The notes under the pieces: generated by a model
The model's database searches: none
What the model was told of the DNA's origin: nothing
The model's input: the letters and a program-made list of their open reading frames with translations, nothing else
In this document: positions 9,193 to 19,400 of the stretch, in pieces
Layout: every line of letters begins with the position of its first letter
How positions within the stretch are numbered: the first letter of the stretch is position 1
Assembly: GCA_963823555.1 (NCBI GenBank)
Contig: CAWGMA010000004.1
Location: 352,001 to 416,000, forward strand
Source: Candidatus Eiseniibacteriota bacterium
Lineage (GTDB): Bacteria; Eisenbacteria; RBG-16-71-46; CAVPCR01
DNA length: 64,000 nucleotides
Reading direction: 5' to 3'
Program-made: the position numbers and the translations under genes

Positions 9193-10617
9193 CTAGAGAG
9201 CGGCTCGGAGGCGGGCGAGCACGGCGGGACGCGTGCGGAGGCGGATGTCCGTGCCATGGGGGCCGAACGTCTCCTCGAGCACGTGGCAGGAGCGGTGGAT
9301 CTCGGCAACCACGCGCTGCAGCGTGTAAGGCACATGGAGCGTCGCATCCACCATGTCCCGCTCGAAGAAGCGGATGATGAGCTCGCGGAGCCGGGTCAGG
9401 TCCGCCGGGCGCCTGGCCGAGAGCTGAATGGCCTCGGGATAGGCTGCGGCGAGCTCCGCCTGCCGCCCGTCATCCACGCGATCGATCTTGTTGAGGAGGA
9501 GGAGCTCGGGGGCATCCGCGGCGCCGATCTCGCCCAGGACCTCGCGCGTCACCGCGATCTGGGCCGGGAAGGCCGGGCTCGACGCGTCCACGACGTGGAG
9601 CTTGAGATCGGCATCGGCCGCCTCCTCCAGGGTCGAACGGAACGAGGCCACGAGATCGTGCGGGAGCTTCTTCAGAAAGCCCACCGTGTCGGAGATGAGG
9701 ATGCGGGGTCGGGTCGGCGGGGAGAGGGCGCGCACGGTGGTGTCGAGCGTGGCGAAGAGCTTGTCGGCGATATAGACCTCGTTGCCGGTGAGGCCGCGCA
9801 TGAGCGAGGACTTGCCGGCGTTGGTGTAACCGACCAGCGCCACCGTGTCGTGGTCGGCGCGCCGCTGACGCCGCGTTCCGGCCTCGCGCTCGATCGCGCC
9901 GAGCTCCGCGCGGAGCTCGGCGATGCGATCGCGGACCTTGCGCCGCTCGAGCTGGGCCGCCGACTCTCCGGCGCCCTTGGCGCCGATGCCGCCGCCCTGG
10001 CGGTCGGCTCCACCGCCCGACTCGCGGAGGCGCGGCGCGAGATAGGCAAGCCGCGCGATCTCGACCTGGAGCCGCGCCTCGCGGGTGTGGGCGTGGCGCT
10101 GGAAGATGGCGAGGATCACCGAGGTGCGGTCTAGCACCTCGGCGCCGGTCGCTCGTTCGAGGTTCCGGAGCTGCGTCGGCGTCAGATCGTGGTCGACGAT
10201 GACGATGGTCGCGGGCGCCTCGCCGGCCGGTCTCGCCGTGGGGCTCTCGTCCGCGTCGTCGCTCTCGACCTCGTCCGGCGCATCGGCCTCTTCGTCATCG
10301 TCACCTACCGCTTCGCCCTCGACTTCGGCCGCCGCATCCACCTTGCGGCCGCCCTTCCGCCGCTGGGATGGTCCACGCGGGACCACGCCCTCGCCCCCGG
10401 TGAACGCCGCTAGCTCGTGGAGCTTGCCGGCGCCGAGGACAGCCCCCGGGGCGAGCGCGGTCCGCTTCTGCGTGACGCGTCCCACAACGGTGAGACCGAG
10501 CGTCTTGGCGAGCTGGGCGAGCTCGTCGAGCGAGGCGGAGAAGTCGCCGTCATCCATCCCGGGAAGCTGGACACCGGCCAGGACGGCGCGCGGCGGTATG
10601 TGGCGTGCTTCGTGCAT
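9193..10617 (-). CDS. hflX: GTPase HflX
   Basis: LDRTSVILAIF, EARLQVEIARLAY, GAGES, GYTNAGKSSL, LFATLDTT, DTVGF, NKID. Confidence 0.95.
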   Translation of the reverse strand: MHEARHIPPRAVLAGVQLPGMDDGDFSASLDELAQLAKTLGLTVVGRVTQKRTALAPGAVLGAGKLHELAAFTGGEGVVPRGPSQRRKGGRKVDAAAEVEGEAVGDDDEEADAPDEVESDDADESPTARPAGEAPATIVIVDHDLTPTQLRNLERATGAEVLDRTSVILAIFQRHAHTREARLQVEIARLAYLAPRLRESGGGADRQGGGIGAKGAGESAAQLERRKVRDRIAELRAELGAIEREAGTRRQRRADHDTVALVGYTNAGKSSLMRGLTGNEVYIADKLFATLDTTVRALSPPTRPRILISDTVGFLKKLPHDLVASFRSTLEEAADADLKLHVVDASSPAFPAQIAVTREVLGEIGAADAPELLLLNKIDRVDDGRQAELAAAYPEAIQLSARRPADLTRLRELIIRFFERDMVDATLHVPYTLQRVVAEIHRSCHVLEETFGPHGTDIRLRTRPAVLARLRAAL

Positions 10618-10781
10618 GGGGGCGCGGATTCTACTGAGTCGTGGATCCTATCGACAAGAGGTGCTTTGTTGCCCGAGGTCCCGTCCTGAGGCGGCATGCG
10701 GCAGGGAAGCATCAAGCGAACGGGGCCTGCCGGAAGGCAGGCCCCGCCCATGCGAGCACTCTCTCGCGCAGCGAATGCGCG

Positions 10782-12246
10782 CTACTTCGTCGGTGGTGGC
10801 GCCTGCGGCGTCCACCGCTTCCGATGCACCTGCTTCATGGCATCGCTCAGGCGATTGAGGCCTTCGTCCATCTCCTCGTCGGTGATGGCCAGCGACGGCC
10901 TGAAACGCACCCCGGTGGGCCCGGTGGGGATGATGAGCAGATCGCGCTCGAAGGTCGCCTCGAGAAGCTGGTCCCGCGTGGTCCCATCCAGGAGGTCGAA
11001 GGCGCACATGAGACCCCGCCCTCGCGTGTTCATCATGAGGTCGGGGTACTTGCCCTGCAGAGCGAAGAACCCATCCATGAGTTTCTTGCCCTTGACCTCG
11101 GCGTTGGCAACCAGGTTCTCGTCGCGAATGATGCGCAGATATTCGGAGGCGCGGACCATGTCGACGAGGTTGCCGCCCCAGGTCGAGTTGATCCGGCTCG
11201 ACTCGCTGAAGACGTTGTTCTTCACCTCGTCGATGCGGCGCGAGACCATGCATGCCGCAGATCTGCATCTTCTTGCCGAAGCAGATGATGTCCGGCACGA
11301 CGCCGAGGTGCTGGTAGGCCCACATCCTTCCGGTGAGCCCGACGCCGGTCTGGACCTCGTCGAAGATGAGCATCGCCTCGTTCTCGTCGGCGAGGCGCCG
11401 CAGCTCGGCGAAGAACTCGGGCCGGAAGTGGTTGTCGCCGCCCTCGCCCTGGATGGGCTCGATGATGATGGCGGCGATGTCGTCCCGGTGCTCGACGAAC
11501 GCGTGCTCCATCTGGGCGATCGCCAGCTTCTCCGCGTCGATCACCGCATCGAGGTTCTTGCCCTCGAGCGGGAAGGTGATCTTCGGGTTCACCATGCGCG
11601 GCCAGTCGAACTTCGGGAAGTACTTGGTCTTCCTCGGGTCCGCCGTGTTGGTCAGGGAAAGCGTGTAGCCGGTCCGCCCGTGGAAGGCCTGCTCGAAGTG
11701 CATGACCCGGGTGCCGCGTTCCTTGCGGTAACCGTCCGCGAAGTTCTTGCGCACCTTCCAGTCGAAGGCGGCCTTGAGCGCGTTCTCGACGCCGAGCGCT
11801 CCGCCCGAGATCAGGAACAGGTGCGGGAGCTCGGCGGGCATGGCGGTCTTCTCGAGAGTGTCGACGAACTCCGCCATCTCGACCGTGTAGAAGTCGGAGT
11901 TCGACGGCTTCATGAGGGCGCTGCGCGCGAGCTTGGCGATGACGCGAGGTTCGATGAGACGGGGATGATTGAAGCCGATCGGAGCCGAGGCGAAGAACAT
12001 GAAGAGATCGAGGTACTTCTTCCCGGTCGCGGCATCATGGAGCCAGCTGCCGCGGCTCCGATCGATGTCGACCACGATCGGAAAGCCGTCAACGAGGAGG
12101 TGCCGCTTGAGCGTGCCGAGCACCTCGCTCGGATGAATGCCGGGGGGCGTGACCAGTTCCGACGCCGCGCCGGTTGAGATACCGGGAGCGGCTGCCGTCT
12201 TGTCGGTTGCCGACGGCCGCGTGAACGTCGCCGCGTTCTGATTCAT
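10782..12246 (-). CDS. lat: L-lysine 6-transaminase (class III PLP aminotransferase); one apparent frameshift near 11250
   Basis: YLDLFMFFAS, KPSNSDFY, GALGVENALKAAFDWKVRKN, EPIQGEGGDNHF, FDEVQTG, FGKK; the C-terminal half (SRINSTWGGNLVDMVR, RGRGL) continues in ORF 10782..11249. Confidence 0.9.
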
Positions 12247-12821
12247 GACTTGTGCTCCTCTCGCTCCGCGCGGATGGTGTTCCCCACCATCTCGTTGTCG
12301 CGGGCACCAGCGGATGCCGCTCGCGATGCTCCGGCGGAGTTCTCTCCCCCTGCCGGTTGCGCCGCGAGCGGAATCCGGAAGTCCTCCTTGGACGTCGACA
12401 GTGCGATCACGGTGCGCGTCTGTCGCACTCCAGGGAGGCTGTTGATCTCATCGAGCAGCAGGCGCTGCAGGGCCTGCCGATCCCAGACCTTGAGCTTCAC
12501 CAGACAGGAGAATTCCCCCGTCACGTGGTGGACTTCTTGCACCTCGGGGATCCCTTGCATCCGGGAGACGAATTCGTTCTCGTAGCGCGGATCCTCGATG
12601 AACACCTCGACGAAGGCGGTGATGTCGCAGCCGATCTTTTCGGCGTCGACGATCGCTGCGAAGCCCACGATCACGCCGCGCTGCTCGAGCTTCTTGAGCC
12701 GCTCGTTGACGGCTGCCGCTGATAGCCCGATGCGCCGCCCGATTTCGGCCTGCGCTAGCCGGGCATCCTGCTGGACCAGCTCGAGGATCTGAATGTCCTT
12801 ATCGTCAAGCTTCATGATCAC
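12243..12821 (-). CDS. Lrp/AsnC family transcriptional regulator
   Basis: LDDKDIQILELVQQDAR...IGLSAAAVNERLKKLE HTH; RAM domain EVHHVTGEF; 4-nt overlap with lat. Confidence 0.95.
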   Translation of the reverse strand: MIMKLDDKDIQILELVQQDARLAQAEIGRRIGLSAAAVNERLKKLEQRGVIVGFAAIVDAEKIGCDITAFVEVFIEDPRYENEFVSRMQGIPEVQEVHHVTGEFSCLVKLKVWDRQALQRLLLDEINSLPGVRQTRTVIALSTSKEDFRIPLAAQPAGGENSAGASRAASAGARDNEMVGNTIRAEREEHKS

Positions 12822-13021
12822 CGTATTATTATCGGCAGATCGACTCTTTCACCAAATATGATACGGAATCGGAGCTTTCATGTTCAACTGGGATCGCAAG
12901 CGGGAACCGCGAATCCGGCGCTAGATCATAAACAATTATAAATTCATCACTTATGGTTTCTGAGGGGATGGCGCAGGAGGGTGGTTGGGACCGGTCCGAT
13001 CCTGTAACTCCAAGAAACCGC

Positions 13022-13052
13022 TTGACCTGCGGGCGATGGATGATGGTAGTCT
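13022..13052 (+). promoter_or_regulatory. Possible sigma70 promoter for the RRM gene
   Basis: TTGACC-N19-TAGTCT with an extended -10 TG; the spacer is long. Confidence 0.35.
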
Positions 13053-13363
13053 GCGATCCAACGCCTGGCTGGAGGATCTCCCGCCAGGGGGGAGCCGCTG
13101 CCAGACTACCGGCTACGGATCAAGGACATTGCCTACCGGTTGAAAGTCCCGCTCCGGGCCCTACCGCCACCTTAGGCCACTTTCAGATGCCAGCCGCCCG
13201 AATCCCCTTCCCGGCCCACATCTCGCCACGAACGGGTTCGGGCGACTTGACTGAATGGCAGCCAAGCGCTGGGGGGCGTTCCGCGTCCGGCAGCATGGAG
13301 CAGATCAAGGTCGAGCGTCAGCGCCGTCTGCGACCGGCAACTTGGTTGGAGATTCGAGAGACG

Positions 13364-13660
13364 ATGAACACGAACCTCTACGTGGGTAACCTCCCTTACA
13401 ACACGAGTGAACAGGACCTGATCGATCTCTTCGGTCAGGTGGGGGAGGTCGTGAGCGCCCAGGTCATCAGCGATCGCGAGACCGGACGGTCCCGCGGCTT
13501 TGGCTTTGTCAAGATGGCCTCGGCTCAGGATGCCCAGACGGCCATCGAGCAGTTCAACGAGCACGAGTTCATGGGCCGCCGGCTCCTGGTCAACGAGGCT
13601 CGACCCCGAGGTGAAGGCATGGGGTCCGGGGCGTCGCGGTCCAGTGGTGGGTATCGCTAG
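13364..13660 (+). CDS. RRM (RNP-1) RNA-binding protein
   Basis: NLYVGNLPY (RNP2), RSRGFGFVKM (RNP1), LLVNEARPR, Gly-rich tail. Confidence 0.95.
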   Translation: MNTNLYVGNLPYNTSEQDLIDLFGQVGEVVSAQVISDRETGRSRGFGFVKMASAQDAQTAIEQFNEHEFMGRRLLVNEARPRGEGMGSGASRSSGGYR

Positions 13661-13936
13661 CACGGGCAGTTGGCCCGACCCGCTTCCAGGCCGTCGCCCG
13701 ATCGGGTATGCCGGCATCGACCCTCCGGGTCGGTGCCGGCAACCGGCTTGTGGGGGCGGAGCCGCGCCTCCGGGCGATGCTTTTCCCCGATCTCTTGATC
13801 CGTTAGGATGGTTCAGGCCCGATCGTGAGCGCATCGCCCCCACCGCTCAGAACCCCCCCGCTCCAGCGTCGCGGTCCGGTATCACCGTCTGCGCAAGTGG
13901 TTGTACTTCTGAGCTTTGCCTCGAGGAGCCCGGCCC

Positions 13937-15385
13937 ATGTCCATGAAGTGGTCATTCCAGCGGATTTCCCTTTACCTCGTCACGGCGGGAGCCGTTCTGG
14001 CCGGCGGGTGCACCGACAAGCCAACCGACCCGGGCGACGGCGGTCCCGGCGATGGCACCTACTCCAGCACGGTGCAGCGCATCTTCAATCGAAGCTGCGC
14101 CCTCAGCGGCTGCCACGGGGCGGGCACTCCTGCGGCGGGGCTCGAGCTCACCTCCTGGGAGGACCTGTTCCGGGGGAGCGAGCATGGTGAGGTGGTGGTC
14201 GCCTTCCGGCCCGAGGAGAGCCATCTCGTCGATCACCTGACCGGCGCCGCCGAGCCGCAGATGCCCTACGGTCGCGACCCGCTCCCTGCAGAAGAGATCG
14301 ATCTGATCCGCGACTGGATCGCCGCCGGCGCCCGCAACGACCTGGGGGCTGTTCCATTTGCCGATTCGCGCCAGAAGATCTTCGTCACCAACCAGGGAAG
14401 CGATCAGGTCACCGTGCTCGATGCGGAGGCGCTGGTCACGAGCCGGATCATCGATGTCGGTGTGCTCCCGGATGCCGACTACCCGCACAATGTCTTCGCC
14501 GACCCGCAGGGCGAGCACTACTACCTGAGCCTCATCAATTCGGCACGCATCCTCAAGTTCGACGCCCGGACGGATTCGCTCCTCGGTATCGCTGAGGTCG
14601 GCGAGTCGCCGGCGAACCCGGTCACCTCGCCCGATGGCAAGACGCTCTACGTCACCAACTGGCGGCCCGACAACCCGACGCTGCATGTGCTCGATGCGAC
14701 GACGCTGGAGGAAAGATACATGCTCCGGTTCCCGCTCGCCCTCGGGGCCAGCCCTCACGGTCTGTGCGTCAACGCTGACGGTTCGACCTTGTATACGACC
14801 CACGAGCAGGCAGGGAGCGTCTTCAAGATCCTCCTCGGCGAGACGGCACAGGATGCCGAGCTCAGGTTCATCCCGCTCGATGGCCGGGATACGCAGCTCC
14901 TGCAGCCCCTTCAGGTCGTGCTCGACGCGGACGAGCGGTACGCCTACGTGACGTGCTTGAACTCGGGCCAGGTGCAGGTCATCGACACCGATCTCGAACA
15001 GGTGGTGAATGTGATCGAGATCGGCGGCAATCCTTGGCTGGCTGCGCTGACGCCAGACGGGAGCCGCGTCTACGTGGCCAACTGGGGCAAGAACGCCGTC
15101 GATGTCATCGATACCGGGACGCGGAGTCTGGTCATGACGATCGACAACAGCATGGCCGGCGATCACGGTCCCGTGTTCGCCCGGCCCCACGGCGTCGCGA
15201 TGAGCCACGACGGGCGCTTCGCCTTCGTGTCGAACGAGAACACGAACGGCGAGTACCCCCCGCACCACGGCGGCGAGACGAGCGGGAACGGGAACCTGGT
15301 CGTCATCGAGCTGGCAACCAATCACGTCATGAAGACGATCGAGCTGGAGGTGGATCCCACCGGTGTCGCCTTTGCCGCTCACTAG
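13937..15385 (+). CDS. Lipoprotein: c-type cytochrome domain (CX4CH) plus YVTN/YncE beta-propeller
   Basis: Lipobox LAGGC; IFNRSCALSGCHG...QMP...LIRDWIAAGA (planctomycete-type cytochrome c); repeated FVTN/YVTN/YVAN blades. Confidence 0.8.
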   Translation: MSMKWSFQRISLYLVTAGAVLAGGCTDKPTDPGDGGPGDGTYSSTVQRIFNRSCALSGCHGAGTPAAGLELTSWEDLFRGSEHGEVVVAFRPEESHLVDHLTGAAEPQMPYGRDPLPAEEIDLIRDWIAAGARNDLGAVPFADSRQKIFVTNQGSDQVTVLDAEALVTSRIIDVGVLPDADYPHNVFADPQGEHYYLSLINSARILKFDARTDSLLGIAEVGESPANPVTSPDGKTLYVTNWRPDNPTLHVLDATTLEERYMLRFPLALGASPHGLCVNADGSTLYTTHEQAGSVFKILLGETAQDAELRFIPLDGRDTQLLQPLQVVLDADERYAYVTCLNSGQVQVIDTDLEQVVNVIEIGGNPWLAALTPDGSRVYVANWGKNAVDVIDTGTRSLVMTIDNSMAGDHGPVFARPHGVAMSHDGRFAFVSNENTNGEYPPHHGGETSGNGNLVVIELATNHVMKTIELEVDPTGVAFAAH

Positions 15386-15392
15386 CGCATCG

Positions 15393-16730
15393 ATGAGATG
15401 CGCCGTCATATCGGTGCGGGCGACCGCTTGGGCGCTCTTGCTGCTCGTTGTCGTTGCTGGCTGCGGCGATGACGGCACCTCGCCTCCACCGCCCGAGGGG
15501 CCGCCGTTTCAGCTCACGGATTTCTCCCCGCCTTCGACCTGCGCCGGCTGCCATCCCAATCACTATGCCGAGTGGTCGTCCTCGATGCATGCCTACGCGT
15601 TCAAGGATCCGGTCTTCTTTGCGTTGAACTTCGCAGAGCTCGAGCGGACGAACGGCGACCTCGGCCAGTTCTGCATCGGCTGCCACAGCCCGATAGGCAC
15701 CCTCACCGGCACCACTCCCGATACCCGCTTCGACCCGTCGACCATGCCCGAGGTGGTCCAGGCGGGCATTTCCTGCGATGTCTGCCACTCCATGGTGGCG
15801 GCGGCCCCGAGCGCCACCGAGGATGGCGTGCCTCTCGTGCTCAACCCCGGCAACGTCAAGTACGGGCCTTTACCGGCCATCGACACTGGGCCCGGAGTGC
15901 ACGATACCGAGCAGAAGCTCGAGCTCTTCTCCAGCTCCACCGCCTGCCGTGCCTGCCACAACCTCACCGTGCGCGGCATCGGCATGGAGAACACGTTCGA
16001 CGAATGGGAGAACTCGATCTACGCCTCGCGCGGTGACTCGCACTGCCAGGGCTGCCACATGCCGACCTACGCCGGGCGGGCGGCACTCGGGGGCCCCGAG
16101 CGGCCCAACCTTCACCGGCATTGGTTCGCCGGCGTGGATGTGGCTCTCACCGACTTTCCCGATCACGAGGGCAACGTGGACCGCGTGCGCCAGCTGCTGC
16201 GTGGCGCGGCAAGCCTTGCGGTCCGGGCCCCGGCGGCGGTGGCTCCCGGGGATACCGCCCTGGTCGGGGTCACGGTGACCAACGACCGCACCGGTCACGC
16301 CATCCCCTCGGGAACGAGCTTCTCGCGTCAGATGTGGGTCGAGCTGATCGCCACCGCAGGCGGCGACACGCTCGCCCGTTCGGGGCACCTCGATGCCAAC
16401 GGCGATCTCAGGGATGCGAACTCGGAGCTCGATCCCGACGGCGACCCCGATCTCTTCCTGTTCACGAGCGTGCTCGAGGGGGGTGAGGATGTCACCGTCT
16501 TCACGGCCACCGGCATCCAGGAGTCCTTGCTCCAGCCCTTCGAGAGCCGTACGCGGATCTACCGGGTGGCCGTGCCCGAGACTCAGGCCGGACCGGTCGA
16601 CGTGTCGGTCCGCCTTCGGTTCCGTCCGCTACCACCCTACAAGGTGCGTGCCGCCGGTGCCCCGGAGCTGGTGGCGAGGATCCCGATCTTCGACATGACC
16701 GAGTCCGAGCTCGCGATCGACGTGCGCTGA
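15393..16730 (+). CDS. Pentaheme c-type cytochrome lipoprotein (c554-like)
   Basis: Lipobox VAGC; five CxxCH motifs (CAGCH, CIGCH, CDVCH, CRACH, CQGCH); EWSSSMHA; C-terminal TGHAIPSG domain. Confidence 0.88.
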   Translation: MRCAVISVRATAWALLLLVVVAGCGDDGTSPPPPEGPPFQLTDFSPPSTCAGCHPNHYAEWSSSMHAYAFKDPVFFALNFAELERTNGDLGQFCIGCHSPIGTLTGTTPDTRFDPSTMPEVVQAGISCDVCHSMVAAAPSATEDGVPLVLNPGNVKYGPLPAIDTGPGVHDTEQKLELFSSSTACRACHNLTVRGIGMENTFDEWENSIYASRGDSHCQGCHMPTYAGRAALGGPERPNLHRHWFAGVDVALTDFPDHEGNVDRVRQLLRGAASLAVRAPAAVAPGDTALVGVTVTNDRTGHAIPSGTSFSRQMWVELIATAGGDTLARSGHLDANGDLRDANSELDPDGDPDLFLFTSVLEGGEDVTVFTATGIQESLLQPFESRTRIYRVAVPETQAGPVDVSVRLRFRPLPPYKVRAAGAPELVARIPIFDMTESELAIDVR

Positions 16731-16915
16731 CCTGACCGTCGCTCACCCCGCCCCCCGCGCTCTATCCCCGCTTGCTCCCGCCTTGACCTGCCTCCCGGTC
16801 GGACGTAGCGTATCCGGCCGCAAGGCAGAGCCGCCCCCGCTGCGGCCGCCCGGCGGCCGGCGAGTGTCGTCTGCCGTCGTCGGCGCAAGCCGGCGACGCT
16901 CCTGGGGAGGGTTGC

Positions 16916-18287
16916 ATGGACTATCCAGTCTGGGATGTGGCGATGGGCGGCTCGGTCCTCATGGCGGTCGTCGCCATCACCCATGTCATCGTCTCGCATT
17001 TCGCCGTCGGCGGCGGTCTGCTGATCGCCGTGACCGAGACCCTGGCCGTGCGCCGCGGCGACTCGGCCTTCCGCGATCTGGCCCGGCGTTCTTCGCTCGT
17101 CCTGATCCTGGTCTCGACCGTGTTCGGTGCCATCAGCGGCGTCGGTGATCTGGGTCGTGGCCGGCCTCATCTCGCCCGCGGCCATCGCCGCGCTCATCCG
17201 CAATTACGTCTGGGGCTGGGCCATCGAGTGGGTCTTCTTCATCGTCGAGCTCGTCGCGGCGCTGCTCTACTTCGCGACCTGGGACAAGATCACGAAGCGG
17301 CCCACCTGCACTGATCTGGATCTACTTCATCGCCGCCTATGCTCTCGCTGGTCGTCATCAACGGCATCATCACCTTCATGCTGACCCCGGGCCAGTGGCT
17401 CGAGACGCGGGCCTTCTGGGACGGGTTCTTCAACCCGACCTACTGGCCGGCGATCGTTCTGCGCACCGGGATCACCCTTCTCATGGCCACTGCGTTCATG
17501 GGTCTGGTCGCCACTCGCGCCGAGGCGACGGCGCGGCCGCGGCTCGCCCGTTACCTCGGCTTCTGGCTCGTCGCCGGCGTGCTCGTCGCGTACGCCGGTT
17601 TCCGCTGGTGGGAAGGCGCGCTTCCAGAGGCGGTGCGCGCGCTGTTCCTCGGTGACGCCCCCAAGCTCTGGCCACCCTGGCCGCAACTCGCCACTTCCTG
17701 CTGTGGGCGCTGACCGCCACGCTCGGGTTCGGTGTCATCTTCTTCGTTCTTGCCCCCCGGACCGCGCGTGTGGTGCCCGCTGTTCTCGTCATGATCGCCG
17801 CATTCGCTTTCTTCGGTGGCTACGAACGGCTCCGGGAGGGCGCGCGCAAGCCGTTTCTGATCCACGACTACATGTTCTCCAACGGGATACGCATCGACGA
17901 GATCACGAGCCTCAACGACCTCGGGGATTCTGTCGCGCGCCGGCTTCGGTGCGGCTGCGGTGGCGGCCGACCCGGCGGTGCGCGGGCGTGCAGGTCTTCC
18001 GCGCCCAGTGCGCTAGCTGTCACACGATCGACGGCTACCAGGGGATCCGCGCGCTCCTGCCGGAGGATGCCGGACATGATCGAGGGTGTGCTCGGCATCA
18101 TGCGCAGCAGGGCGAGACGATAGCCGCCTTGCCGCGTACCGAGCCCATCGACACGAGCCAGCTCGACTACCCCTTCATGCCGCCATTCGTCGGCACCGAG
18201 GAGGAGATGCAGGCGCTCGCCCAGTACCTCGCGAGCGTCGCGGCGAGTTCCGGGCCGGCAGTGGCCGAGAGAGGAGGTGCGCATTGA
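16916..18287 (+). CDS. CydA-like (cytochrome bd superfamily) membrane subunit with C-terminal heme c; several frameshifts
   Basis: Pieces in ORFs 16916, 17127, 17339, 17770 and 17652 join as MDYPVW...HVIVSHFAVGGG...GVG.W...WAIEWVFF...INGIITFMLTPG...FFNPTYWP...ERLREGARKPFLIHDYMFSNG...CASCH...MPPF. Confidence 0.72.
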
Positions 18288-19393
18288 ACCCGAATCTGAT
18301 CCCGGCGCTCGATCCGACGCCGATCCCGGGACCGACCTGGCTCTTCCATGTGCTGCTCGTGTTCACCTTCTTCCTGCATGCCCTCTTCATGAATCTGGCG
18401 CTCGGTGGCACGCTGCTCGCCGCCTCAGCGCAACTCGGCGGTCAGTCGCCGATGAGAATGACGCTCGCGCGGCGGCTCATGGGGGTCAATGGCTACGGTA
18501 TCTCCTTCGCCATCACCACGGGGATCGCCCCGCTGCTCTTCGTTCAGCTCCTCTACCAGCAGTACTTCTACGCGGCGACCATCTTGATCGGGGAGGCCTG
18601 GCTCCTGCTGGTGGCCCTGCTCATGGTCGGCTACTACGCCGTCTACGTGTACAAGTTCAAGGGTGCTCCCGCCCGCGGCACCGGTGGCACGGGATGGCTC
18701 CTGATCGCCGCGGTGCTCTTTCTCATCATCGCCATGGTGCACGTGGCCGTCCATCTGATCCATGTCCAGCCCGGCAAGTGGGCGGCCATGGCCGCTTCCC
18801 CGTGGTCGGTGCTCGGCGATCCGACGTATGTCGCGCGACTCCTGCACTTCGTCCTGGCCGCGCTCGGGTTCAGCGCGCTCGTGATGGCCTGGTGGGCCGT
18901 GCGTGAGGCGGGCCGGGGTCGGGATGTGGAGCTCAACACGGCGATCGCGCGCTACGCCTGGAAGTGGGCGCTGTGGACCACGCTCCTCCAGGTGCTCGAT
19001 GGCTTCGTGCTCGTCTTCGTCCTCCCGCGCGAGGTGTTGCTCGGATTGATGCGTGCGGGAGCGCCGACGCTGGTGCCGTTGACGGCTTCCATCCTTCTCG
19101 GACTCGGACTCCTGATGATGCTGGCCCGGGTCTCGAACCCGGTCGAGAAGCCGGGGCTCGTCACCGGCACCCTCGGTGCCATGGTCCTCACCATCGGGGT
19201 CATGGCCATCACCCGGCACCAGGTGCGGGAGCTCTATCTGGCGCCGTTCACCACGGGGGTGACCATCCCGGCGGCGCCGCAGTGGGGTAACTTCCTCCTC
19301 TTCGTGCTCCTGTTGCTGGCCGGACTCGCGACCGTGGCCTACATGATCCGCCTCGTCAACACGTCCCGGGCGACGGGTGGGGAGGCGGCGTAG
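18284..19393 (+). CDS. Polytopic membrane partner subunit of the CydA-like protein
   Basis: GGAGG RBS, TTG start overlapping the upstream TGA; about 9 hydrophobic helices; TFFLHALFMN, GIAPLLFVQ, RLLHFVL, RHQVRE. Confidence 0.7.
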   Translation: MNPNLIPALDPTPIPGPTWLFHVLLVFTFFLHALFMNLALGGTLLAASAQLGGQSPMRMTLARRLMGVNGYGISFAITTGIAPLLFVQLLYQQYFYAATILIGEAWLLLVALLMVGYYAVYVYKFKGAPARGTGGTGWLLIAAVLFLIIAMVHVAVHLIHVQPGKWAAMAASPWSVLGDPTYVARLLHFVLAALGFSALVMAWWAVREAGRGRDVELNTAIARYAWKWALWTTLLQVLDGFVLVFVLPREVLLGLMRAGAPTLVPLTASILLGLGLLMMLARVSNPVEKPGLVTGTLGAMVLTIGVMAITRHQVRELYLAPFTTGVTIPAAPQWGNFLLFVLLLLAGLATVAYMIRLVNTSRATGGEAA

Positions 19394-19400
19394 CCCGGCG

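Noticed and set aside
12822..13020. Possible lysine riboswitch upstream of lrp-lat
   Set aside because: The conserved lysine riboswitch core could not be found by eye; the region looks like AT-rich promoter DNA. An Rfam scan would settle it.
13710..13740. Strong hairpin after the RRM gene
   Set aside because: No U-tract on either strand and only one copy; it may be a terminator or stabiliser but cannot be called.
13937..15385. Call as nitrite reductase NirS
   Set aside because: Atypical heme motif, no recognisable NirS sequence signatures, and no heme d1 genes nearby.
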